Origin: Lepidodermella squamata
Lineage: Eukaryota; Animalia; Gastrotricha
Length of the DNA: 64,000 bases
Reading direction: 5' to 3'
NCBI GenBank assembly: GCA_047495785.1
Contig: JBLDXI010000003.1
Location: forward strand, 3,410,001-3,474,000
The position numbers were made by a program, and so were the translations under genes. Shown in pieces: positions 48,533 to 61,109 of this stretch. Position 1 is the stretch's first letter. Each line of letters begins with the position of its first letter. The notes beneath the pieces were generated by a model. That model searched no databases. It was not told where the DNA came from and was given only the letters and a program-made list of their open reading frames with translations.

Positions 48533-49854
48533 ATGCGTTTCGCTCTCGTAGCAGCAGTCGCTGCCCTGTATTGCGTTGGTAGGTCTATAAATTTTCAATT
48601 ATAGCCAGTGATTTAATTTTTTGGATTCGATTTTCAGCCGCCATCTCTGCTGATGCCTCGGCTTCAGTTGACAAGAAATCGGCGTCTGCCTCGGCTGGCA
48701 TTGACAACGTCAAGAAGACTGGTCTGACCTTCATCCACGGCAAGCGCGGTGGTCGTCGCGGTGGTAACGGTGCCTCAGCCTCTGTCAACAAGAACTCTGC
48801 CTCCGCCTCGGCTGGCGACAAGCGTGGCAAGCGCGGATTCTTTGGTCGCCGTCGTCGCGGCAACTTCGCTTCTGCCTCAGTTGACAAGAATTCCGCCTCT
48901 GCTTCAGCTGGCAATGGTGGCCGCCGTGGCGGTCGCTTCTTCGGCCACAAGGGCCGTCGCGGCAACTTCGCCTCAGCCTCAGTTAACAAGAACTCCGCCT
49001 CCGCTTCGGCTGGCAACGGTGGTCGCCGTCATGGTCGTTTCTTCGGCCACAAGGGTCGTCGTGGTGGCAACTTCGCCTCGGCTTCAGTCAACAAGAACTC
49101 CGCCTCCGCTTCGGCTGGCTCCAACAAGGGCCGCAGGGGCCACAAGGGCTTCGGCCGTCGCCACCACGCTGGTCGCTACTTCGGCCACGGTCGCCGCCGT
49201 GGAGGAAACTTCGCCTCTGCCTCGGTCAACAAGCGCTCCGCCTCGGCTGCTGCCGGCAAGTTCCGCGGCCGCCGTGGTCATCATGGCAAGTTCTTCGGCC
49301 GTCGTCACGGTGGTCGTCGTGGTGGCAACTTTGCTTCCGCCTCTGTAAACAAGCGTTCCGCCTCTGCTGCCGCTGGCAACTTCCGCGGCCGTCGTGGTCA
49401 CGGATACTACTTCGGACGCCGTCATGGCGGTCGTCGCGGCGGCAACTTCGCCTCGGCTTCGGTTAACAAGAACTCTGCTTCGGCTTCTGCTGGCAACTTC
49501 CGTGGCCGCCGTGGTCACCATGGCAAGTTCTTCGGTCGTCGTCACGGTGGTCGTCGTGGAAGCTTCGCCTCAGCCTCCGTCAACAAACGCTCTGCCTCTG
49601 CTGCCGCTGGAAACTTCCGTGGCCGTCGCGGTCACTTCGGACGCGGTCGTCGCGGTAACTTCGCCTCTGCCTCGGTTAACAAGCGATCTGCCTCTGCCTC
49701 GGCTGGCAATGGCCGCCGTGGTGGTCGCTTCTTCGGCCACAAGGGTCGTCGTGGCAACTTCGCCTCGGCTTCAGTCAACAAGAACTCCGCCTCTGCCTCG
49801 GCTGGCTCCAACGGCAAGCGCGGTGGATTCAAGCACGGTCGCCGTCACTTCTAA
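48533..49854 (+). CDS. Secreted 420 aa Gly/Arg/Ala/Ser block-copolymer structural protein (exons 48533-48578, 48638-49854); true frame absent from the ORF track
   Basis: MRFALVAAVAALYCV G|gtaggt ... ttttcag|CC GCC ATC TCT GCT; open to TAA 49852-49854. Eleven copies of ASASV(N/D)K(N/R/K)SASA(S/A)AG separated by GRRGGRFFGHKGRR-type blocks. TATAAAA at ~48445. Confidence 0.9.
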
Positions 49855-50188
49855 TTAACTCAAATCAAAATCTGTAGTTATTTATCGAGTGAAAACTGTA
49901 TTAGCAATTTGATGATCTGAGATGAATTTTTTTCGAATTCTTTATTTTCCGAAGATCTGAAATAGTGGCGAGTTAATAAAACCTAAGAATCATGTACTAC
50001 ATTGAGTTTTCTTGCGAAGTGCCAACAATGTTACACAAGCAATCTCGGTTGAGAATTGAGAAAATTACGCAAGTTGCCGATTTTGATTTTTCAAAAGGCA
50101 ACACTCACCGTCGAGCTGCCTGCGGATACCACAGGATTAAAATAATGTTGGTTATTGGTAGGCTCAAAGTGAATAAGTATAATTTATA

Positions 50189-50374
50189 ATTTTCGTTCAT
50201 CAGCATCTGCTTGAAAACAGGCGACTGGCTAGCCAGAATCAAACGATGGGCCTGAATTACCTCGCCCCCGATAGCAAAAGCCACGTCGCAATCGATGCTT
50301 CGAGTGAACATCCATTTGCTGTACAAATGCTTTGCGGTGGTCTATTGACGTGATTTTACTCGAACCCTCATTCA
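50189..50374 (-). pseudogene. Truncated, frameshifted copy of exon 1 of the adjacent BTB gene
   Basis: IDHRKAFVQ...SIDCDVAFA...VIQAHRLILASQSPVFKQMLMNEN is nearly identical to the first part of exon 1 of the BTB gene (~52430-52590). A 5-nt deletion (ATGGATGTTC vs ATGGAATCGATGTTC) shifts the frame, and homology stops after MNEN. Confidence 0.8.
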
Positions 50375-51104
50375 TTTCGATTTTTCGTGTTGGAGGGCCA
50401 CTGAACCTACTTGATTTGAATTCCCAAGGTGGCGTGGCCATGGGTATAAAATACTGCTTTTGTTATCTACCTGAGGTTTGTTCAAAAACGTTGGACACAA
50501 ACTTAAAAAGTCAAACCAACTGGCAGAACAATTTTTTTCTCATACAAAGTTGGTAAGGGTGTTCGTCAAGAAGCATGGCTACGAAGCGTTTTGTTGGTAG
50601 TAAAATTTAGCTTGAACTGGAGTATTGGCGGTAAAATTACTCATATAAAAAAGCTCTTTAATCGCTTTTTACTTATCACCCGTGACATTGAAACGGATGT
50701 AAACAAGCCTAAATCCGAGTTATTCAACGACGCTAACGATATGGATCAATCAGATCGCGTATGAGAGTTCCAAGCTAATGAACCTTTTTCTATCATGTTT
50801 CGATTTGCTATTAATTGCTTTTATTACTTATATCTGACGCATGTTCGTAAAATTCGAGGGAGAAATTAGTTGAAATTAGTCGAATAAAACCCAGCCAAGT
50901 GGTTTTTAGTCTCAAGTACCGTAACGGTGGTCTAATTTGGACAATCCGCCTTCGTTCAGCTCCTGGGGTTCAGTTCGTTGCAACGATTGACTACTTGTTG
51001 GAATACAATTGCTCATGAAAGCAAAGGACTAGCTATTTTCATTGCGTAATCATCACAGCGTGAGAAACTTATTAGATAGTTTTGGTTAGTCAGCGTTAAA
51101 CGGA

Positions 51105-52615
51105 TCACGAATATCTCCTCTCAGAGAGAAGGATTTCAACTTTTCCATTGGGTCGATCTTCCTCGAGTCGAAAAGCAGAGTTAGGATACTTCTGGATAGA
51201 TTTTTCGAACAGCTGTTTTTTGTTCATAGACGCTGGACACTCGAACTTGGAAAGGCGCAGCCTCATCTTATCACTTACTTCGCGGAAAACCGTGATTTTC
51301 ACTAGTATGAGGAAGCAAAATGATGAGAAATTTGCTATTGGATGTGGGAAATTTACCAAATTTCAACTTTTGAGGTTTGAAAACAATCAACTGTCGTCCG
51401 ACCTGCGTTGCCAGGCTGTAACCCAATGTTGTCCAAACTGAGCCATTCATGGACGTTCCGATCATGTAATCAATGCTTTCATTGTCGTATATCGATTCCT
51501 CTGCGTTCCCGAAGAGACGAAATCGCATTGAGTCAACAACACAAGGTTCAGCTAACTGAACAATGAGAGAACCATTCGGCTTGAACATGCGGCAATTGCC
51601 AAAGAATCCCAGAATCGAAGATGATCGCAATGTCAAGTCATCACCAGGAAAATCGCAAAGCAGTGTTATTGGATGGCGGAAGTCGTCGCTACTAACAGTT
51701 GCTCCGTTCTCAACTGTTGCCATATTGGTTGTTGCCAAGGCTGAGTTACGAGGTTGTCTGCCGCTGTTGTCGTCCGGCGTCTTACCTAAAGCGTTGAAAT
51801 CGATTCCACTTTCGCCAAGCATTTTGCACAAAGCTCCCATTTCGGCGAATGAAATTCTACCAGGCGGCGGCATGACGACGTACTCAAGCCGAACCTTTTC
51901 GAGGATTTTCGACAGATTCACTTTTGGATTGGCTTCATGCCAGTTTTTCAGAGCCATCAAAACTTCCAGTTCCGGCACGAAGAGGCCGTCCAAATCGAAA
52001 AGGTAGATTATGGCTTGTTCAGATAATCTTTTGAAGTTGGGGTCTTTCAGAATTTCTTCAGAGTGTAAGCACGCGAAGGTGGCGCATGATTCTAAAATTT
52101 CAGCATCGTCCAAAAACAGCGCCGCTAATAACAAGTCGTAGAATAATTTCATGTTCACGCTGGCCTATAGAAATTCAATCGGTTAGCCTCAACAGCTCAG
52201 CAAATAAGCAAATTTTTACCTGGAAAATTTGTTTCAACTCGCCCATTAAAGCGTCCACTTGATATTCATGCGCAATTTTGAGAATTTCGACGCTTTCTGC
52301 CGGCGACAGTTCGTCAAACGAAATAAAACCAGTGTAGAAATACTGAACGAATGCTTTGAAAGCTGGGGCTGTCTTGCCAGGCAAGTCGATTGGCTTATCT
52401 ATCGTCGATCGTGCCTCGCGGAAATTTTCGTTCATCAGCATCTGCTTGAAAACAGGCGACTGGCTAGCCAAGATGACACGGTGGGCCTGAATGACTTGGC
52501 CCTCGACAGCAAAAGCCACGTCGCAATCGATGCTTTGAGTGAACATCGATTCCATGTGCTGTACAAACGCTTTCCTGTGGTCTATTGTCTTGAGCCCAGT
52601 AGAAGCCTCGGCCAT
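51105..52615 (-). CDS. BTB-BACK-discoidin (F5/8C) protein, BTBD9-like (exons 52615-52220, 52164-51357, 51301-51105)
   Basis: BTB motifs DCDVAFAVEGQVIQAHRVILASQSPVFKQML and FVQYFYTG; BACK-like FKRLSEQAI...VPELEVLMALKNW; NMATVENGATV and IVQLAEPCVVDSMRFRL resemble the BTBD9 discoidin region. Divergent, so orthology is not asserted. Confidence 0.8.
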
Positions 52616-52973
52616 TTTTATACTTGTTGCTTATTTAATATATAATTCAATGTATGTAATGAATTGACTGGGTGATATTTCAGAAGCAACAGCAAAAAAT
52701 AAGGTCGCGCGTGGTTTGATGAAAAGTAGTAAAATATGAATCATTAATATATGAATCATGATAATGTTGGTTATAATGACTACACACTATAGCCTACCTG
52801 GTCCACCATAAGACGTAATTATGCCCAAATTATTTTTATTTTTATTTTATATTTTATTTTTCAAAAAAATGTATACCAAAAATCCTCGTTCAATTCTCGA
52901 TCGATTGGTCAAAACCCGGTCGACGACCGATAAAATCAATCGATTCTGTGGGGCTTGAAGTGATCTTGACCAA

Positions 52974-53468
52974 GTGGGGTAACTTGGCCGGTGCGTGGGG
53001 TAACCTGGCCGCATGGCTATTTGACTTGGCGATGAACCATCTGTCAGAAATTAGGACGATGATTCATCACGCCCTCTCATTTTAGTGCGCATTTCGCACG
53101 TTAAAAATCGGCCAAGTTACCCCACACAATTTAGGCAATTAGGTACTGCTCACGATTGCGACATCAGTTTTCCGAGTTCATAATTTAAAAGATGAGGAAT
53201 CTTCCTGTGAAGTTGGCGTTTTCCTCCGATCCCAGCAGACTTCCTTGTTATATAAGTGCTCGAAATCTCAGCGCCTAAAATTAACGAGTTGGTACTGACT
53301 TTTCTTGTCATTTACAAAACGATATTCAAACTAGGTAAAAAGGTAGTGGTAGCTCAGCGGTGGCAAGGAATGTTCCTATGAAAAAAATTCGTGAAGCAAG
53401 TTTTTCTCGATATTAAATCACCATCGATATTGTACGGCCAAGTTACAAATTACCCCACACCACGGTAT
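52974..53468. mobile_element. Degenerate pogo-like MITE remnant
   Basis: Repeated motif tggggtaac(t/c)tggccg and its reverse complement cggccaagttaccccac; right end ...ccccacaccacggta (CGG-TA terminus). Confidence 0.5.
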
Positions 53469-54304
53469 ATACTGAGCATGATTTCCTAAAAGGAATCTCG
53501 GGCTAGAAAATAAAAGTGCAGCCGCAGTATAATGGTATTCAGAGTGCCGTGAAAGTTTCAGATCCGTTTCTTTGCCCGTGAACTTATTTTATCATTTTTT
53601 GACACTGGATAACAAGCGCCATGCCATTCCAATATGAAACAAGTGCAATTGATTTTCTAAATTTGTAGCGATAAATTAGTTCGATTTACCAGCCGCTCCC
53701 TAACCCACCACCCACGATTCACTTGGTTCTCAGGACTTTCTGTCACATTTCCGCTCGCATTCTATTATTTCTACTCAAAATTTCCTTATAATTTTGGAGC
53801 CCATTTTCGTGAAAAAAACTAAGTCATTTTTTAGAAGCAAAGTAGATAGACGTTTTTCTAGCGTATACACCCGGGCAGAATTACCTGCGTTGACCTGATT
53901 GCAGTACACTTCGCTTTACAATTCGCTTTACCCTATAATGTAAAATCGTGTCGAAACAAAAAAATGAAAGCTGGGCACAAGAATCACTAACAACTCTGCC
54001 TTCATTAGTAACTGCTGACACCATCGAACCTACGTAGTAAACCGAGGCAGAAATCCCCGAGGCAGAATTCGGCTGCTTACTGCGGGGTAGTAACGGAGGG
54101 TGGAATAATTAAATACGGTTTTCATCAGAGTAAAATCGTCTGTATTGCAACCGACAAAAAAACGAAATGTTCGCAAAAGCAAAAATATTTATTTTCCAAA
54201 ACCGTTGAATGTTATCACTCAATAGAGGATACCAATTTTCGGCAAGTTTTATTGCCAAATCATACTTGAAAGTTTTCAAAAATAGCTGATTTATCGGATA
54301 ACAT

Positions 54305-55403
54305 CTAGTAGTAGTGCTTGCCACCCTTCTTGCCTCCCTTCTTGCCGCCCTTCTTGCCGTAGCCACCATCGCGATAGCTGGCAGATTCACCGGCATGGAA
54401 GTCGTGGGTGGCGCGTTCAGCCGAGGCGGAGGCACGTTTGCGGCTGTGCTTGGCTCCAGCCTTGCGGGTGTGGGCAGAGTCGGAGACGGCGGTCTTCTTG
54501 CTGCCGGCCTTGTAGTCGCGGGCGTTGCGCGAGTCACGGGCAACGGAGGCCGAGGCGCGGCGGTGGTGGGCCTTGTTGCGCTTCGCCTTCTTCTCAGCAG
54601 CGGCGGCCGAGGCCTTCGAGTCGCGGGAAGCGTAGTCGGCAGAGTGGGCCTTGCGGGACTTCTTGCCGTGGGCCTTCTTGGCGGTCTTCTTGCGGCTGGC
54701 AGTGGTGGCGGCGCCGTCAGAATCGGCCTTGGCGAACTCTTGCGAGCCGGACTCGAAGCTGAACTTGTTGACCTTGTTGTGGCCCTTGTCGGTGAAGGTC
54801 TTCTTCTTGAACTCGATCACCTCGCCGGCCTTGTCGCGGGCCTGGTCCTTCTGGAAAGCAGCCTTGCGCTTGTGGTCGGCGCGGCCGGTCTTCTTGTTGC
54901 GCTTGTGCTTCTGGGCAGCGGCGGCGGCGCCAGAGTCGGCGTAGGCGTTGTCGTGCTTGGCGAAGGCAGCCGAGTCGCTCTTGCGGATCACGCGGTTGCG
55001 GCGCTTGCTGCCGGCCTTGGACTTCTTCTGGTCGTAGGCAGAGTCACGCTTGCCAGCCGAGGCGTAGCTGGCCGAGGCGCGTTCGGCGCTGGCCGATCGG
55101 GTCTTGATCAGCTTGCGCTTGTCGCTGGTCTTCTTGTTGTGAGAAGCATCGGCCGAGGCGTAGTCGAAGGCACCGTTTTCTTGTTCAGCAGAGGCGGACT
55201 TGCGGTCGTAGGTGTCGCGTTGGTCGACCGAGGCGGAGAAGGAGGCCTGTTTGCCACCCTTCTTACCACCCTTGCCTTTTCCATAGCCGCCAGCGAGGAC
55301 TGAAGCGCAAAATCATATATTTTCCGAGATATTGAAAATTACGCAAATACTCACCAGCCGACGACAAAAGCGCGATAACAGCAATAGCGAGAATAACCCT
55401 CAT
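54305..55403 (-). CDS. Secreted Lys/Ala/Ser-rich hairpin-family protein, 347 aa (exons 55403-55355, 55299-54305)
   Basis: MRVILAIAVIALLSSA G|gtgagt ... cttcag|TC CTC GCT GGC GGC. GGKK repeats at both ends, DKGHNK centre, ends KHYY. No Pro, Cys or Trp seen in the protein. Confidence 0.9.
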
Positions 55404-56533
55404 GGTTAAATAAAATCAGAAGAAATGAATAGATTGATCACAACAGCTTGATGAATAGGTTGAGAAAATACACCGGTCTTAAATATCGCGATAAGAGATG
55501 TGTTACGCAAAAGCGCCGCAAAAATTATTTCCACGCGCTTATTTTTTTGGCGCGTGTTACTTTGCTGCGCTCAGCGCGGCCCAGCGTGGGAAAGGAGAAT
55601 AATGTTTTCAAACAAGCTAAAAAAGGAGATCCACCTTAATCCAATTTTTCATTCCTAATTTTACAAATCCCTCGCAATGAGCTGTTCAGTTCCTGATTGC
55701 CAAACTTGCCTTGATGATGTTGCGTTGAAGCACCGTAAAAACGCTGAATGATAAGAAAACAAGTCGGTGTTCAGATTTCACAAATCAGCAACGTTTCCGT
55801 GCCACAATTTTGTTTTTTTGAGGAGAATCTATCATTTATCTGCTTGTTATCAACCAGGGTATCAAATGTAGCATTAGGTATTTGTAAACATGAAATGGGC
55901 ACATGGGAAAGTAAAAGGTTTTGCAACAAATGCTGAAGTTCACCAATCGATTATTTCCTGTTGTCTCTTGGACGAGTTACCTGCCGCATTGCTAGGTATT
56001 TCTTCGTCTGGTGTTGAAACTCAAAAAAAATATCGGTTGAATACAAAGATGATTCAGATTGGCCTACATTTAAATAGGTCACCGTTAAATATGCTTAATT
56101 TCGGAATGTCATCAACACACTTTTTATTGCACTCTCTTTCTTTAGACCGTACAAGTTGCGGGGTCAAACTGAAAGTTCACCTAATAATCAATGGAAAAAT
56201 AACAATTGTGATGAATCCTGTCCGCTATTTGGCTGATTTTTCTAAAATGCCGTCCAGAAATAAAATTCGCGCACGCGTTTTACAACGGAAACGGTGTCAA
56301 TTACAGCCACGTGACCGGCATCACCGCTTGTTCTTTTCTGGGTTTAAAGTTTAAATTTTTTGTTTACTGGGCCGACACGCGCTTCCGACGCGTGCGCGAG
56401 TGAGGCGATGCATAAAAATTGCGCAACAGGTTCTACACGAGTTTTAAAAGGCCGTACGCTTCTTAAACGTTTTCATCTATTCCTGCTGATAGTGAAATTA
56501 TTACTTTTTCAATTTAAATCCTACTGAAGAAAC

Positions 56534-58238
56534 ATGCGGATTTTTTTCCCGATCGCCATTGCGGCGCTATTCTGCGGTAACTTCAAAACATTTTTAAACA
56601 TTCTAAATAATTTAAAAAAATTAGGAAAAATTAATGGAAAATTTATTTAATTAATTCACGAGTGATTTGCGCTTTCGGACACCTCAATCAATTTTCATTT
56701 TAATTTTTTCTTATTTTAATTCAATTTAAAACGGAATTTAATTTGAAATTTTAATTTTTTCTGTAATTCAAGTTGCTGTTTCGGCTAACAACCGTTACGA
56801 CTCTGAAGATTCGCGTTCCTACTCTGACTACTCGGAATCGCGGCCGCACCACGGTCGTTACCGGAAGCACGGCTACAGCAGCGGCAGCGACAGCTACTCG
56901 CACGGTTCCGGCGGCTATTACCGCGGCTACAATGCCCGCGGAAACCCGATCAGGCTGCGCAACGCCGGGCCTGAGCAGCCTAGCGAGGCTAAGCCCGCCG
57001 CCATCCCGGCCGGTGGTGAACTGGACGTTGAGAAGTTCAAGGAATCTGGCAAGACGAAGATCGAAGCTGACGCCAAGTCCCTCGTAGCCAATGGCCAGAA
57101 CGTCCAGACTTTCGACAAGGCGGAAACCTCGAAGAAGACCGCCGAGGAGACCAAGGCGTCTGCTAAGGCCAAGTCGGAGAAGGAGAAGCTCGACATCTCC
57201 GTCAGCGCCACTGTTGAGGACAAGAAGTCGAAGAAGGACGCGAAGAAGTCGTGGAAGAAGAAGGCCAGCCACCAGCGCAAGAACTACAACAAGCACTCGC
57301 GTTCTAGCCAAGCGTCTACCTCTGCCAAGTCCAGGAACGAGAAGGCCAAGATCCGCGGCCGTGGCAAGTTCAACAAGCACGGCAAGAACAACCAGGAGTA
57401 CGAGGTTGACGCCGGCACTGAGAAGAAGCGCGATACTGACGTCATCACGTTCAGCCGCAACACCGACAAGGGCCACGATAAGACCTGGACCAAGAGCAAG
57501 GGCAAGACCAATACCGAGGACGCTGAATCTGGTGCTCTGAGCGGTTCGATCAAGACGAAGGCGTCCAAGAAGCACGCTAAGGCGAACAAGAAGGGCAAGA
57601 GCAAGGGCACGAAGAAGGGCTACTCGGCTGCCTCGAGGTACGCCAGCTACTCGTCCGACCAGCACGACAAGAAGCGGAAGCAGAAGGCCCGCCTCAGCGC
57701 CGACGTCAAGTACAACAAGGGCAAGAAGTACGCGAGTGCCAGCTACGAGAACAAGAAGAAGGCGAGCGAGAGCGCCTCGACGAAATCATCGAAGAAGGCG
57801 AACAAGGCGAAGATCGCGGCGAAGGATAAGTCCGTCTCTTACCACTCGAATTCCGAAGTTTCTATCAGCACCAAGAAGCAAGTCGCCCCGAAGAAGAAGG
57901 CGGTTAAGAAGCCTTCGAAGTCCGTAACCAAGGAATCGTCTGGTTCTCATTCGTACGTTCCCAAGAAGAAGCAACCGAAGAAGCAACCGAAGAAGGCCGC
58001 CAAAAAGCCGAAGAAGTCTGTTAGCAAGGAATCATCTGGCTCGCATTCGCCTGAGCCGAAGAAGCCCCAGCCGAAGAAGCCGAAAAAGCCGGTGCCGAAG
58101 AAGAAGCAGTCATCAAGCGGTGACAGCAAGAAGTCGAGCTACGAGTCGTGGAGCTACGACGGTAAGAAGGGCGGCAAGAAGGGCAAGAAAGCTGCCAAGG
58201 GCAAGAAGGGCGGTGCTTTCTTCGACTTGGATCATTAA
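56534..58238 (+). CDS. Secreted Lys/Ser-rich hairpin-family protein (subfamily B), 502 aa (exons 56534-56576, 56773-58238); true frame absent from the ORF track
   Basis: MRIFFPIAIAALFC G|gtaact ... ttcaag|TT GCT GTT TCG GCT; open to TAA 58236-58238. Tyr/Ser/Gly/His N-terminal block, ITFSRNTDKGHDKTWTK core, KKP tail, ends FFDLDH. Confidence 0.88.
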
Positions 58239-58590
58239 CGATAATACCAGAGAGGAATATGTGCTTTATTTTACCTAAAAATGTGTTCACCTGCCTTGTC
58301 GATTTAAACATAGTTTATGAATGAATTATGTTAGTAAAATTAGTTGAGCGAGTGATATTATGGATTACGCAAATAAAATCTGGCAGCTGGAAACTCGGAG
58401 CCTGTTGTTTTTTTTCAATATTTTCCTCTCAAGCCGCATTCCTATCATCTCGTACTATAAGGTCAATTTTCCATGGCACCTGGCATCTATCGACAAAAAA
58501 GTTTTCGTATAGAGTTCGGAAAATTCCTATTAGGTTCCAGAATGATTTGAAGACTTATCGATTATCTGTCGATTATCGGTTGTCTGAAAT

Positions 58591-59030
58591 ACGTCGCTGA
58601 GTTCAACGGACCAAATTTTAGCGGACCAGTGTTTCGGACTAGGTTGGAGGTGTGCCATAGGATTAGTCGATTCCCCCTGAAAAGTGCCATCCAATGACCT
58701 ACTATGCACACCTGAGCTAATTAGCCTCACTCGTGCGGTTGCAAACATCCAAGTACTACAACTTGATTCGGTCCGCTAAATTGGGTCCGCCGAGTTCAAC
58801 AAAGCCAGGGTTTTTGGAACTCAGCGGACCCAGGTTTAGCGGACCGCTCTGTTTACAGCAACCCCCTATTAAGATGGAATGCCATTTTGGGTCATAATTG
58901 ATCTCATTAGATGCGCCACACCTTGCCGCACTTGGCACTCAAGTGGCACACTTCGATGGTATCCATGATTAGGATATAAGAGGTGATTAGTGTGGTCCGC
59001 CAAGAAATGGTCCGTTGAACTCAGCGACGT
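58591..59030. mobile_element. MITE with 9-bp target-site duplication (Mutator-like)
   Basis: TIR acgtcgctgagttcaacggacca / tggtccgttgaactcagcgacgt; direct repeat gtctgaaat at 58582-58590 and 59031-59039; internal palindrome ~58770-58846 built from the same motif. Confidence 0.8.
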
Positions 59031-60394
59031 GTCTGAAATGCAGTGAAAAGAAAAAATCTTGTTTTGCAATGGACTTAACCTGTCTAATGAGCAGATTGGG
59101 TGTGAACACCCTGAATTTAGGGTAAAAAATAATTTTAAATAAAAAATCCTAGGTTCGGTCATTAGCATAGATCATAGATTGAAAAATCCGCAATTGCAAA
59201 GAACTAAAGCCCAGAATGTTTTCGGAAAATATTTTTATTTTTCTTTCCCTATTGACACGTGCTTTTCCGATAGAGAAAAATTCGGGGATTAAGAATCTGA
59301 AAACCGTAGATCATCTACCGTTATTGAGATAATCCGGTGTCAAGTTGTCACGTGACCTTACCTTTTGTCGCACCTGGACGATTATCTCAAGAACGGTGAT
59401 AGCTAGGAAGCCGCTCTCAAAGAAAAAGTTCATCAGCGTGATGAGATCTATCTAGAAATGCATTCTGTTGGGTCATAGCGGTTATACTTCGTGCAAAATC
59501 GATTTTGAGGACACTTTAGTGCAGTTTGGTGACAGTCCCAAAAAACGGCTCCTAGCTCATCGCCAAGCCTACGAGACACTGGTCATTTATCCGTTTTCCC
59601 CGAATTTATACGATTTCCCAGCGCGGAGATATGCCTTTTAGACACCCTGGGGTTGTAGTCACCCTACAGGATTTTTTTAAAAATAGGGTGGCAGGAAAAG
59701 ATGCCGTTGGGCTCTAATGGGGAAACTTGATTTTAGAGATGGAACCTCATTTTTAGTGCTGCTAATATTATTTAGACTCGAAAAGGTTAAAAAGTAATGA
59801 GCATGAGATGACGACCATCAGATCAGTTCACCCGAAAAACTGAAGTATAAAAAACGCGCATTCTTTGCTGTGTAATTCATTTACAATTAAGGCAGCTCAC
59901 ATTTTAACCTGAACCTTTTTTCAGTACATACGAGAAACAGCAGCGCTAATTGCTAATTAAATTTTAAATTGGCGAACAGCAATTTAATAATTGCGAATTA
60001 AATCTGAAAAATATGTCCATTTTTATTAGCCTCATTTTCCAAACACGCGTCAATATATAAACGTCAAGGCTGTTGCGTGTATTCCAGCTTAGTACCACGT
60101 TTTGAATTTCTCGCTAGAACTAGAACTTGAATGTTATCATCTAATGTCCCCTAGGACTATATAAAATCTTTGTCCTACAAATGTTGGTTATTGGGGATCA
60201 TAAGGTGCAGCTACTTCCGATATCCCATTTCTGTTGTGTATTAAAGTTCGAAACACCATCGACTTCTGCTGCTTCTTAAATCCTAAATTTTCAGTTTCTC
60301 TATTAATCAAATAGCCGATCATTGGGTGGGCCAATATTTTAGTACAATGGCAGCCATCTGAAGGTAGATTGCATCTTCAATAATTAGCTCTAAT

Positions 60395-60583
60395 GGGTGT
60401 GTTTTTTTTTACTCACCCCGAAATTTCGGGTCTCCCACTTCTGAAGCTCATCTTGAAATGAAAACTTTAGAGCTGTATAGAAGACTTCTTAGCCCGATGC
60501 CCGAAAGCCTCTGGTGGTTACATTTTATCCGCTGATTGAGCCTGAGCTTCCCGAAATTTCGGGGAGATTAAAAAAGCACACCC
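60395..60583. mobile_element. MITE, PIF/Harbinger (Tourist)-like
   Basis: GGGTGTG...ccccgaaatttcggg / cccgaaatttcgggg...cacaCCC imperfect TIRs, with AAT on both flanks (3-bp TSD). Confidence 0.6.
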
Positions 60584-61109
60584 AATAATAAAAATATAAT
60601 AAAATACTAATTTCAAGCAATTGGGAAAATATGTTCTAGTTCAAATTTTTTGTCTAGCAAATTTAGGCCACTCGTGGGGCGTATAAGTGTGTTCACGTGA
60701 TTTTTTTCCTATCGTCACAAAAAATCAATCAATCGCGCTATAAGGTGTCAATAATACGAATTAAAATGCGGTCAGAGCCATCATTATGATATTTTAAATA
60801 ATTGATTTTTCCGATAGGAGCTGAAGTACCATGAAGCTAAACAAAATCACAAGGTCATGGGTCATCAATATTCCCAGTATCAATCAACACTTTTTGAGGT
60901 ACAATTTTTGAAATTAAATTTCATTTTATTGTCCATGATTTATCATTAATTATTTGCTCATCTGTCGTATTTTCATCGCCCGCTGTATTATTTCTTTTCA
61001 GTTTTCTGAAAATTATCATTGTCGGAAATTCGGTCGAATCGGTTTTATCGGTGCCCGTGCCAAGAACTTCTCTCAGCGCAAAAATAACCACCCTGTGATG
61101 CGTAGCAAG

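Noticed and set aside
48585-49858. Track ORFs with AEAEAEFLL or VVAVAAATS repeats
   Set aside because: Wrong frames or strand of the 48533-49854 gene.
54314-55303. Long antisense or alternative-frame ORFs over the Lys-rich genes (also 25389-26123, 27684-28478, 40177-41139, 40370-41041, 46449-47171, 56751-57665, 61333-62232)
   Set aside because: Shadow ORFs caused by GC3-biased, AAG-rich codons. The Leu/Phe-rich translations lack ATG starts or gene structure, while the true frames splice to signal exons.
58240-61100. Short ORFs in the 58.3-61.1 kb and 55.4-56.4 kb intergenic regions
   Set aside because: AT-rich, overlapping MITEs or promoters, with no coding-like composition or consistent splice structure.
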